58,424 bases of DNA, from NCBI GenBank assembly GCA_044892505.1, contig CM097883.1, forward strand, positions 403,439,577-403,498,000, read 5' to 3'. This stretch comes from Schmidtea nova (lineage: Eukaryota). The notes below the pieces were generated by a model, which made no database searches, had not been told where the DNA came from, and saw nothing but the letters and a program-made list of their open reading frames with translations. This document shows, in pieces, positions 13,951 to 23,659 of this stretch. The position numbers were made by a program, and so were the translations under genes. Positions within the stretch are counted from its first letter, which is position 1; the number at the start of each line of letters is the position of its first letter.

Positions 13951-14899
13951 AGAATTTTTTAAGTTTTAAACTTGGAGACTTAAAATGACTTAACAGTTTT
14001 TAAGCGCTCACTAATTCAACTAATATTTTTCAAGAAGCACGTTGACATTGAAAGAAAAAGTAAACATTTTGTTATTGTTTCGAATAATTGTTCCCCGTGA
14101 TTTCGTTTTTATGTTAATATATGTTTTTAAGTTGCTCATTATTTTATTTTATAATATTTAATTATTTTAAATATAAATATGCTTCCTCAGTAGCTCACGC
14201 TGCGAGGGCGCAAGCCGTCTTCGTGGGGCTTTTTAGATCCACGAGATGGTGAGTGAGATAATATTTATAGGCTTAATAGAAGTTGCACGTAGAGACAATG
14301 TTTGTTGAATAAACGTTTTTATATAACCGTTTTGACTACCTACTTCACATAGGGACAATTTTTATACACAGTTTATTTTTGATAGCTTGATTTCGTATTG
14401 CACACAGTGACAGTGTTTTGAAATATCTTTTTAGATCGACAAGTTTGATTTCAATATCGCTCATAGGGATAGTTTTGTGCTAAGCATTTTAATACCAATA
14501 GTCCTGATAGCGACAGTTTTAATAAAGCGCTTTGATGCCGATTGAATTTGATCGATTCCAACTAGTAAAGAGTTTTGATAAGACATTGTGACCGGTTGCA
14601 CTTCGTAAATAGTTTCGATAAAAGTATTTTGATCCATGCACGTAGAGATAATTTGACTAGACATTTTTGATAACTCTGATCGCTGCACATAGCGACAGTT
14701 TTAATAAAACATTTTTTTATATCAATAGTTCCGATAAACATTTTACATAGCAACAATTTTCCGATAAGCATTCGTCGATGGTTTTGACTTCATAGTTTTC
14801 AAAGCGACCATTTTTTAATAAACTACTTCTATCCCGATTAAATTCTGATCGTTGTACATTGTTTCGTCGCGTCCAGCTCCAATTGATTTTCTGATTCCT

Positions 14900-15793
14900 G
14901 GCATAGCGCTCAGTGTCAGCTGTCATCTCTGGAATGTCTCCTCTCAGTGGCAATGAATCGTTTCCTTTCGATTTTATAAAATCTTTCGAGGCCGAGACGA
15001 GAATCCCGAAAGCTTTTGACTCACGATTGATATCCATTTGACGAGGATCCTCTAAAAGGGTCCTGACGCTGATTAGAAGCTCCAAAAGAAAAACAGTCCT
15101 TGGAATTGACTTCATTGCTTCTCCAAAACTCTCTAATAATCGTGACAGAGGTAAGTCCTCTTTTGAGGAGCATAATTTTAGATAATTCTTGCGTCCTTTA
15201 TTGATCATTTCCCTCAGATATGGTCTGTCTTTAGACGAAATTGGCCATTGTTCGAACTGAGATTGGAATGAAGTGATTAAATTGTCTTTTTGATTTGCGA
15301 GCATCGATTTTATATTATCAATTTTATTAGCATCATTGCCTTCAAGTGTATCTTCTATATCATCAATCATAAGTTTGGGGTTGGACAAAATGCTCATTCG
15401 GAACTTATAACAAAGTTTACAAATTGGAGAATTTTGGAGTTTTTCTGTAAGAGGTGTTCCACCAACATTCAATTTGCACCAATAATCACTGTCAGGTATC
15501 ACTGAATTAAATTGTAGCTTTTCTATAATTACTGACGATCGCACTTTATCAGAAATGATTGAATCTCGCGAAGACAACACATTAATTAAATCATCTACAA
15601 AAGAGCTCTCGATTCCATTGACCACATTCGAATTAGGATTCTCTTCATAACAAGCAGCTTTAACCAGGCTCTTTATAAAGGGAACTCCCAAGATACTGAG
15701 AAAGTCAGCACTTTCCCATAAACTATAATTTGAACCGCTATCAGAATATAGTTCGTTATCAAATTTCATTTCACCATTCATATTTAAATACAT
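14900..15793 (-). pseudogene. NAE1: 3'-truncated NEDD8-activating enzyme regulatory subunit (NAE1/APPBP1-like) fragment
   Basis: AFGILVSASKDFIKSKGNDSLPLRGDIPEMTADTERY matches the NAE1 segment FWILARALKEF..GNLPVRGTIPDMIADS.KY. Homology stops there and the frame runs on into family X intron repeats. Confidence 0.75.
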
Positions 15794-16134
15794 AGACTAA
15801 CAAAACTCTCCTTCACAAAACATTTATTCAATAATTTTCATAAAATTATTAATACATTTTCAAATCTTTTTTAAATCCCCAACTCAAAATATCTTTATAT
15901 TCTAAAAACCCACACAGGCAAAATAATCAAAATAGCCCAGATAAACAATTCGTCAAAAGCCACTTTTCAAATCAAAAAACCCCAATAATCCTTAAAAACT
16001 GAAACAGTAAAACAACACTGTTTTTAAACAAAACTTTTTAGATAAATTCCAAAACCTTCCATCGATCACTTTTTAATTTTTTAAGCGAAAATCAACATCA
16101 TCGCGTCTGTGTGTGCACACCAAGAAATCATGAC

Positions 16135-16902
16135 AACCAACCTGCCAGGGGTCGACACAAGTATATCGCAGCGATACAATTTGTTCATTGATGCTCTCAT
16201 TTCGACTCCACCGTACGAATAGCTGCATTTGACTTATGAATCACGGCACAATCTGTTGGCTACAGTGAATATTTGTCGGCACAATTCCCGTGTTGGGACT
16301 AGAATCACACATTTCGGGGAATTTGTATTAATTTTTTCACCAATATTTTCTACTATATCCTTGATTATTGGCACAAGAATTGCTACTGTTTTACCACTTC
16401 CGGTTTGCGCACATGCCATTAGATCTCTCTTTAATGTTATCATCGGAATTGTGTATTTCTGTACCGGCGTTAACTTTTTATAATCGAAATTGCGGATATT
16501 TGCCAGTAGGAATTCGGGTAGTTGTAATTCCTCAAATGATGTTATCGATTCTGGGATGTTTCTGCCGGTTACGTGGACTTGAATGTTGTCATAATTGTCG
16601 AAATTAATCCCACTATTCACGTGGAGTTGATAATCTTCAGCGTTGTCATCGGGAATGTAGCTAACTCGGGGGATTGTCATAGGAATATCTCCATCTTCGA
16701 TGAGTTTCACACGATTATTATTGTTATTGCTATATTCACGGACGGATTGGGAGAAATTCTCTTTGTTAGCGTTGATATTTAGCTTGTCAATTGAGAGGTC
16801 TTCTTGCTCTACTTCGTGGGAATTATTATTAGGTGTATTAATGACATTGTTCAACCTCCGTCCCCGTCCACGTCCAATTTCATTGAATTTACTGGTATCC
16901 AT
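16135..16902 (-). pseudogene. vasa: 3'-truncated Vasa/DDX4-like DEAD-box helicase fragment with a premature stop
   Basis: SYIP..GINFDNYDNIQVHVTG, Q motif TPVQKYTIP, AQTGSGKT, PTRELCRQI, TAA at 16236-16234, then in-frame YGG..CDILVSTPGRL. No DEAD motif follows. DDX3/PL10 is not excluded. Confidence 0.8.
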
Positions 16903-17487
16903 TTATAAGTATCGATAATAAATCACTTTATCTTATTAAAATTTTGCCTTTAACTTTTCTATGTAAGATTTATATAGATTTCGATAAGACCGTCTAACGG
17001 CTTCCGGCTTCCAGGCACGCCCACATCTCTCATAGCAATCAAGCCCCCAATTAATTATTTTAAATATTATTTAATTATTTTTAAAAATATTTTAAAAGCG
17101 GGCGCGACCATACATAATGATAGTTTTATTGCGGATCGTACCTAGTAATAGTGTTGGGCCCGCCAAATAGGCTAGAACAACAACAATAGAACGAAAGTTT
17201 AAAATAATAATGAAATAATAAACATAAAAATAGCAATAAAGACAAATTAAAAATAGGAATAAAATAGCAAATAATATTTAATAAGTTTCCAGTAAAAGGA
17301 AATTTTAAAAATAAACCGGTAAATAACAGCAAAAGGGGGCCTGAAATAAGAAAATTAAGAATTTAATAAACTAATAGTACAAATAATTAATTAATTACTC
17401 GAAAAACCAGGACCACCCAGCGAGAAACCGGAAAAGGAAATAAAATAATGTTTAGATTTAAATAAAATAATAAAAATACTTTGATGG

Positions 17488-17550
17488 ACGGTCTGATCCT
17501 GATTGGTCAATCCGACCAGCCGGATCAGTATAAATACCGATCCGAAAATC
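17488..17550 (+). promoter_or_regulatory. Family X promoter (CCAAT + TATA)
   Basis: ctgatcctgATTGGtcaatccgaccagccggatcagTATAAATAccga, itself an imperfect inverted repeat. Confidence 0.8.
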
Positions 17551-18606
17551 ACAACTTTAACTGTTATTTTTTAACAAAACTCGTTCAAGGAAACACACAC
17601 TTTTTATCAAAACTAAACTTTGATTTTAAAAAAACTCGTTCACTGTTAGAAACACATTTTGAAATTTTACTCTCACACAAGCCACCAGGAGATACCTACG
17701 AAGTAAATTTTGTTTTGTTTTAAATTGTGTATTTTCTATTGATATGTACCATGATTTTATCCATTAAAATTTATTTATTCTTGCCTTTAATTATCATTAT
17801 CATTATTGTTTATCATGCATATAGTCATACTTCCTAGGCTGCTCACGCGGCGAGGGAGTCCAAGTCGTCGTTGTGGGGCTTCACGGCCTCACATGGCGGT
17901 TCAACCTTTTTATTTTTTGTAATTTAGTAATTTGGAAAAGTTGGTTTAAATCAGGAAATGTCGAAAATTCGAATTAAATCCGGACGATTTATTGGCGAGA
18001 ATAAAGGGTTGTAATGTTCAATTATTTCCATACTTATTTAGGTTGATAAAATTTTAATCACGAAATGTCAATAATTCGACTAAGTCCAGACGATTTTCTG
18101 GCGATAAGTAAAATATCATTTGTTCGGTTGCACAAAGGGCGTAACGTGGTGAGCCGTGGGAAAGGTTTAGAGAGATGTCGGAAGGTGTGAAGCACCCAAG
18201 GGGTGGTAGGTATCAGCCTCCGAGGTATTAATATTCTAGGATAACTTTTGAACTCAGGAGCGCAAGCGAGGTGCTATAAGTTTATAGAAATTTTCGATAG
18301 AATCGATTGAAACTATCAGTTCATTTGGGGTCAAAGTGCAGGCATTAGAATATCAATCTGAATAACATAGACGAATTACGTCACAAAATTCCAAATCAAA
18401 TAAATTTAACATGTAACCAATTCTATAAATATCTTTATGCCGATCGCTGTATATAGCGCGGTAATTCAAATAAATCTTATCCTGATCGTCGTACATACTA
18501 TCCGACCGTGGTATATCGCGGCGATGATGTAACGTTAAAATTTCCTTACCCGAAAAGTATTCATGTCTAATAAAATTTATTTAAAATTCTTTAAATGAAA
18601 TAATAG

Positions 18607-19083
18607 ATGTCGACAGCTTGGAGTGAAAAGTTAACTCGGATCCGGAATTCAGGAAAGGAGGACATGGCGAATAGATGGGCTAATCAACTCAAGGAGTTGC
18701 CCCCGCCGATTTTACGTACCCTCAACGCCCAGGTATATAAGTGGCGACGCGGATTCAATCGGATATGCCCGTTTTCCATCTGGAGTGGAGGAAAAGATCG
18801 AATTCTCTATCACGGAGGACCTGATTGGCCACTCTCGGGAAAAAGCTACCCTCGCAAGTTCGGACGACTGATTATCGTAATCCGAGATGGCAATGATCAA
18901 CCCTGCCGAATTATCTACTGGGGACACATCCCTCGCAAGGAACTATGCAGGCTAGGTTTACAGGAGTTCCTACCACGGAAATCGTTTGGCAAAGAATGCC
19001 AGGAGGGACAACCTCCATTTTCGTGGGCTCAACTTCGGCAAATGCCAATTAACCATGAGTTACATAGCCTGTTTCGGCGATGA
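18607..19083 (+). CDS. Family X ORF A, 158 aa, unknown Trp/Gly/Pro-rich protein
   Basis: Intact ORF. AG acceptor immediately before the ATG (18605-06), AATAAA about 25 nt after the stop. Paralogs at 20935, 29328 (minus) and 27002 (minus). Confidence 0.8.
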   Translation: MSTAWSEKLTRIRNSGKEDMANRWANQLKELPPPILRTLNAQVYKWRRGFNRICPFSIWSGGKDRILYHGGPDWPLSGKSYPRKFGRLIIVIRDGNDQPCRIIYWGHIPRKELCRLGLQEFLPRKSFGKECQEGQPPFSWAQLRQMPINHELHSLFRR

Positions 19084-19248
19084 AATTTTGTTGACAGTGA
19101 TGATTAGTGAATAAAATCTTATTATTAATTAGTGGTCTTTGTTCTGGTTTTATCGTATTTTGACATAACAATAATTCACTTATATTGTAAATATAAACAT
19201 GTTTTAACATAAAAGCGGCAAATCATTGAATTTAAATCAATTACAGAA

Positions 19249-19845
19249 ATGAATATAGAAACAGCGCAAAGAGAACTCGAAAAGATGTGGAGAATCCGGA
19301 GAGCCCAGGACAAGGAATTGGGTCTCCTCAAGGAACAATTATCCAAGGCCGAGGCGCAAATCGCCTATTTGCGCAAAAGCTGGTTCGCTCCAGCTCGAAT
19401 GAAGGAACAGATTGGTAAAACGGAGCGTGCACAACGAACAGCAGAGGACTAAAAAATGGAATGGGAAGCTACGAAAATCGAGCTTCGGAAGTGCCTACAT
19501 TCCGTGACAGCCTCCTACATCGAACGGGAGCTGCGGGATCAAATCCGACCGGTAACTTATCAAGAATGGACGGCGGAGAAGAAGAGTGTAACTTCGATTG
19601 GCACAGACGTCGACGACCTTAGCGAAATTTGCAACGGGCCAGTTCCAGAAATCAAAGCGGCCACCCAAACTGCCAATACTCATCAGAAACGTAAGCGCAT
19701 AGGGCAGAAAAGGCGCCGTCAAAGAAAGCTGTTCGCTCAACGGATGCAGAACCAAGTCGACGATCTGCACAAATTGACAGAGAAGGAACTATTGGAAGAA
19801 ATATTTCCCCCAGCCGGAATTTTTACCGATTTGATTGGAAAATAA
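19249..19845 (+). pseudogene. Family X ORF B (coiled-coil + basic motif) with one in-frame TAA
   Basis: The two listed ORFs are one frame split by TAA at 19450-52, at the position where the paralog has Tyr (AEEYLVKWE). Acceptor at 19245-46. Confidence 0.85.
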
Positions 19846-20021
19846 ATACGAATTTCAAATTTTGGTCATTCTTGTTGTTTCATTAATTTAGTTTTTATTA
19901 ATAAGTAATAAGCAAATAAATAATTATGAGAGCGCTAGTTTAGGAAGCTTCCTGTAGAATAAATGATATCAAAGACCAATGTTCCGAAAGTTTATTGTGG
20001 ATTACATAGTATGTCATTAAA

Positions 20022-20170
20022 GCGTAAGTCCTTCTAACGGCAGCAATGAACCCGTAAACATAAATGGGGAGTAGTACTAGCAATAGTGCTCACCTGCCCA
20101 TCATTGTTTAACCACACTGCGAATCACCAACTTGATTACCCAGGGAAATAATCAAGGGCGCTTGAGTGTA
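20022..20170 (+). ncRNA. Family X conserved structured RNA (copy R3)
   Basis: AGTACTA-GCAA-TAGTGCT hairpin, GGAGT/CACCTG core, and a second domain with an ATCACCAA loop and a cttgatta/taatcaag stem. Covaries with five other copies. Confidence 0.8.
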
Positions 20171-20934
20171 TAATTGCACATTTTATGTATGATCATGGAT
20201 GATGGATTAGTCATTGTTAGAACATTTTTCGTCTAACCCCTCCATGAACCCAGCAATAGTTTCGATTTCATATTTTATAGCACTAGTGTGGATTTCACCG
20301 TTTATAGCGATAGTTGACGACACCTTATTCTTAATATTAGTTTGAGTTTTTAACATTTATTTTTGCACAGTGAGGATTGTGAGCCACACAATTTTATATC
20401 AACCAAGAGGACGATGTTAGCGTTGGTCTCGCCAAATAATGCTTTGTTACCCGTATAAAGTTCCATCCAGAGGACTAATGCTACAATCAACATCAGTTTA
20501 ATGATTATATTAGATATATCTAGCGTACGTCGGTATGCCTAATTACTAGTTGGCATTAGATAAGTCACCCATAGATATAACAGGGGTGTTAGACAAATTG
20601 ATTTAGAAATACCTGTGTGATATTTAGACGGGGTTCTAGGTAGAGTTTTATGGGGAACTGCAATTCACGTATGCTCAGTCACGACTATTAAATAAGAATG
20701 CACAAAGTATCATCGCCACACCTATATAATATAAAATTTATAAAACCATAGTTCACCTGAATCAATTTACAAATCAGTCATACCCGATAATATCAGGCTT
20801 AATTATACTGTATAATAAGAATTTTCCAAGAATGGAATTATCACCTAAAATTTTCATACCGAGGATTGAGGCGAAAATATTCGACAAAAGATTTAAATAA
20901 TGATTATATAACTATTTGGTGTTTTCCAATGCAG

Positions 20935-21459
20935 ATGGAACCTAAATCAATAGAACAGTGCGGGGCAGCTCAGAGAGGGATAACTAATCCAACTGGCATT
21001 TCATCAAGGAGGACCAGTCAAGGGATGAAAAATCTACCACCCCCGATTCTGAGGACGGTGAATGCACAAATGTTCAAATGGAGGCGGGCATTCGGGGAGA
21101 AAAGCCCATTTTCTGTTTGGGAAACCGGTCGAGACAAGGTGATCTATCGAGGAGGCCCCGGTTGGCCAATCTCAGCAAACCAATGTTATTCGTCTAAATT
21201 CGGGAGAATCATCATCATTGTCTACAATCACAATCAGGAGCCGCAAAGAGTGATATATTGGGGACACATCCCTCAAGGCAAACTCGCCGAACAAGGCCTA
21301 AATTTGTTTACTTCGCCGCGCCCTCTCGGAAAAACGCATGAGAAAAGGATGCCAGATTTTTCACTCGCGGGACTTCGTCAAACCTCCATCGATGCGGGCC
21401 TCCACGTTGTCCATGTGTTTACCAAACTATGGCATAATATTGTGATTGATACCCAGTAG
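20935..21459 (+). CDS. Family X ORF A paralog, ~174 aa
   Basis: cag|ATG start, LPPPILRTVNAQMFKWRR..PFSVW..YRGGPGWP..IYWGHIP, AATAAA just after the stop. Confidence 0.8.
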   Translation: MEPKSIEQCGAAQRGITNPTGISSRRTSQGMKNLPPPILRTVNAQMFKWRRAFGEKSPFSVWETGRDKVIYRGGPGWPISANQCYSSKFGRIIIIVYNHNQEPQRVIYWGHIPQGKLAEQGLNLFTSPRPLGKTHEKRMPDFSLAGLRQTSIDAGLHVVHVFTKLWHNIVIDTQ

Positions 21460-21623
21460 TCAATGAGAATAAATTTGTACCTAAATTTGTTTTTTGTTTG
21501 TCTTAGCAAAGTATTGTTTATTTTACTCATAAAACATCTAGATATTTTACTATGAGTATTGTTAAAAAGCAATTAAATTTCTACTCCTATTTTTCCAAAA
21601 CCTAATTATCTTATTTGTGCAGA

Positions 21624-22217
21624 ATGATCCGAGAGACAGATCCCCAAGCCGAACGAGAGAAAGCTTTGAGAATACGAATTAGTTTAGAAAAAGAAATTAA
21701 GCAAGTAAAAACCCAATTAGCTCAAGCAGAGGCACAAATCCAATATCTAAGTAAGAGCTGGTTTGCGCCAGCGCGGATGAAAAATCAGCTGACTTGTACG
21801 GAACGCGTCCAGCGAACAGCGGAAGAATACCTGGTCAAGTGGGAGGCAAATAAAATCGAGCTCCGAAAATGCCTCCACTCAGTGACGACCTCATTTATTA
21901 ACACTGAACTCAGAGCACAGATCAGGCCCATCACGTATGAAAATTGGGTGGGATATAAGAAACCCGCATGTTCAGTAGGAACTGATGTCAAGGGTTTGGA
22001 GGCCGTAACCGTTTTAACTCCACCACAGGTCACGGAAATCGCTGCAAGTTCCAACAGCATTAAGAAGAGAAAGCGAATAGGATTCAAGCGCCGAAGACAG
22101 AAGAAACTGTTCGCTCTGCAGTTGCAGGAACATGTCGAACGAATGGCCGATATGAGCGAGATGGATTTGCTAGCTGAGATTCTCACACTCAACAGAGATT
22201 TTCAAGAATTATTATAA
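21624..22217 (+). CDS. Family X ORF B paralog, ~197 aa, intact
   Basis: cag|aATG start, heptad-like N-terminus, WFAPARMKNQ, ELRKCLHSVT, KRKRIGFKRRR, LLAEIL, AATAAA after the stop. Confidence 0.8.
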   Translation: MIRETDPQAEREKALRIRISLEKEIKQVKTQLAQAEAQIQYLSKSWFAPARMKNQLTCTERVQRTAEEYLVKWEANKIELRKCLHSVTTSFINTELRAQIRPITYENWVGYKKPACSVGTDVKGLEAVTVLTPPQVTEIAASSNSIKKRKRIGFKRRRQKKLFALQLQEHVERMADMSEMDLLAEILTLNRDFQELL

Positions 22218-22355
22218 TTAAATAAATTTCGACGCCATAACGCATTTTTCTTTTGTCTTATATAGTTTAAGGAGTTTGTAATCTGATTAAATCCCTATTT
22301 AAAAGACGTTTTTATTTATTTTTGAAATTTGAGCATAAATATTGCGAACATAATA

Positions 22356-22500
22356 GCGTAAGACCTTCTAGCGGCAGCAGGAACCCGTGAAAATAAATGG
22401 GGAGTAGTTCCAGCAATGGAGCTCACCTGTCCATCATTTTTCAATCACCTTGTGCATTTCCAACCTAACTGTATGGGGAACAGTTAGGGGCGCTCGATTG
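22356..22500 (+). ncRNA. Family X conserved structured RNA (copy R4)
   Basis: AGTTCCA-GCAA-TGGAGCT and cctaactgt/acagttagg, compensatory relative to R3. Confidence 0.8.
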
Positions 22501-23659
22501 ATATAGTGTATGTTTATGCATGATTATGCATAGGGTCTCCCTAGCATAGTTACATATCATTTTCTCAACCCTTCCATAAACCCAGGAATAAATAAATATA
22601 TTATAAATTTTTAATTTACTGTAAAATTAAATTAGTATAAAGCAGCTTATGCCGTTCCCGTCAAAGAATAGGTAACCCTCACGAATAGTATATTTATTGG
22701 ATATTTGGCACTGGAAACGGGAAACAAATCTTGCAAAACGTAAAAAGGAAGAATACGTGATAGTGGCGAGTGTCACTCTGTTTTTATTTTAAATTTGTAT
22801 TTTTCTAATCATAATTTGGGGAAAAAAAGTTTTTTGTAATTTTTATTGCCAATTTTCGTAAATTTATTTTGGCAATTACTTTTAGATTTGAAAAAAATGT
22901 ATCCATTTATTTTTGTCACCACAAACCTTAGGACCCACCATTATCGTAATCCAAGCAATTTATATAACTATTTTAAATATGCTAAAAAATATCAGGAAAA
23001 CTAATCTTTGTTCTAGTAATTTTAACTACCATTAATTTTTTGTGATGCTTTTGTCTTTCATTATTATTTATTCATTTTATATTATTATTTCATTTATTAT
23101 TTGTTTTGTTGGATTGGTTATATATTGTTTTTTTCAAATAATTGAGTGAACCTGTGCCGAACCTCCAAGCAGTTCTCAAGGTTACGAATCACTGCAGTAG
23201 TAGTATCTGCGGAAGAATCGAATCGAAGAAAGACAAACACAAGTTCATTATTGCAAGAACCTAATATAACTGACGTTGAGACTTTCGATATTCTAGCACG
23301 TCGGCCTTATGAATGACAATGACGTCGAGAGATTTGGATTTAGTTATTGATATGTTACAATAAAAGTATGAATTTCAGTAAATGAATAAATTTAACTAGT
23401 AAAGTATAAACACTTTTGCTAGAAAATGACGGAAATGATTTCAGTGGTTAACCTTACAAAATTTGACCTAAGTAATTACGCTAAATTTAGTGAAGGGTTT
23501 ATTATAATTATTATTACAATTGTTGTGTTCTGATATAAAAATGATGGATCTTAAAAACAAGGAAAACCAAAAACATAGTTAAAAATCATCGAAATATTTA
23601 AAGTCCGAAAATTAATTGAAATTTCAGAAAAATTAATATTTACCGGGAGAAACAGATAT

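Larger units (their letters stand above)
17152..20255 (+). mobile_element. Family X complete copy (e), 3104 bp
   Basis: TGTTGGG start, CCCAGCA end, ATAG duplicated at 17148-17151 and 20256-20259. Promoter, leader, intron, ORF A, ORF B and RNA motif lie inside. Confidence 0.9.
13535..22587 (+). mobile_element. Family X outer copy (d), with captured host fragments and a nested copy in its intron
   Basis: Termini TCTTGGG (13535) / CCCAGGA (22581-22587), flanks atat / ataa. Promoter 13880-13945, leader hairpins 14181-14248, donor 14249, intron repeats resuming at ~17100 and 20256, ORFs A and B, RNA motif. Confidence 0.75.

Noticed and set aside
14181-14290. Flatworm-type spliced-leader RNA gene (ATG|GT end)
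   Set aside because: ATG precedes the donor in only two of six copies, there is no consistent Sm site, and the TATA promoter implies a ~300-nt exon.
14461-14900. C-terminal part of the 358-aa ORF and the two small ORFs at 14461-14771
   Set aside because: They are read-through into family X intron repeats, not NAE1 sequence.
16234-16236. Possible stop-codon reassignment, suggested by in-frame stops in vasa, ORF B, the protease, ORF A and PolB
   Set aside because: All three stop types occur at positions of different residues (Tyr, Trp, others) and only in TE or captured sequence. The RING and Ig exons have none, so this is ordinary decay.
18148-18165. tggtgagccgtggg as a PBS defining an LTR end inside family X
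   Set aside because: Not preceded by CA and not conserved in the other five leader-intron copies.
20022-20100. HDV-like fold for the 3' RNA (CC-UUCUAAC-GG as P3/L3)
   Set aside because: No upstream P1 partner and no C-N-A-A J4/2 with a matching P2.
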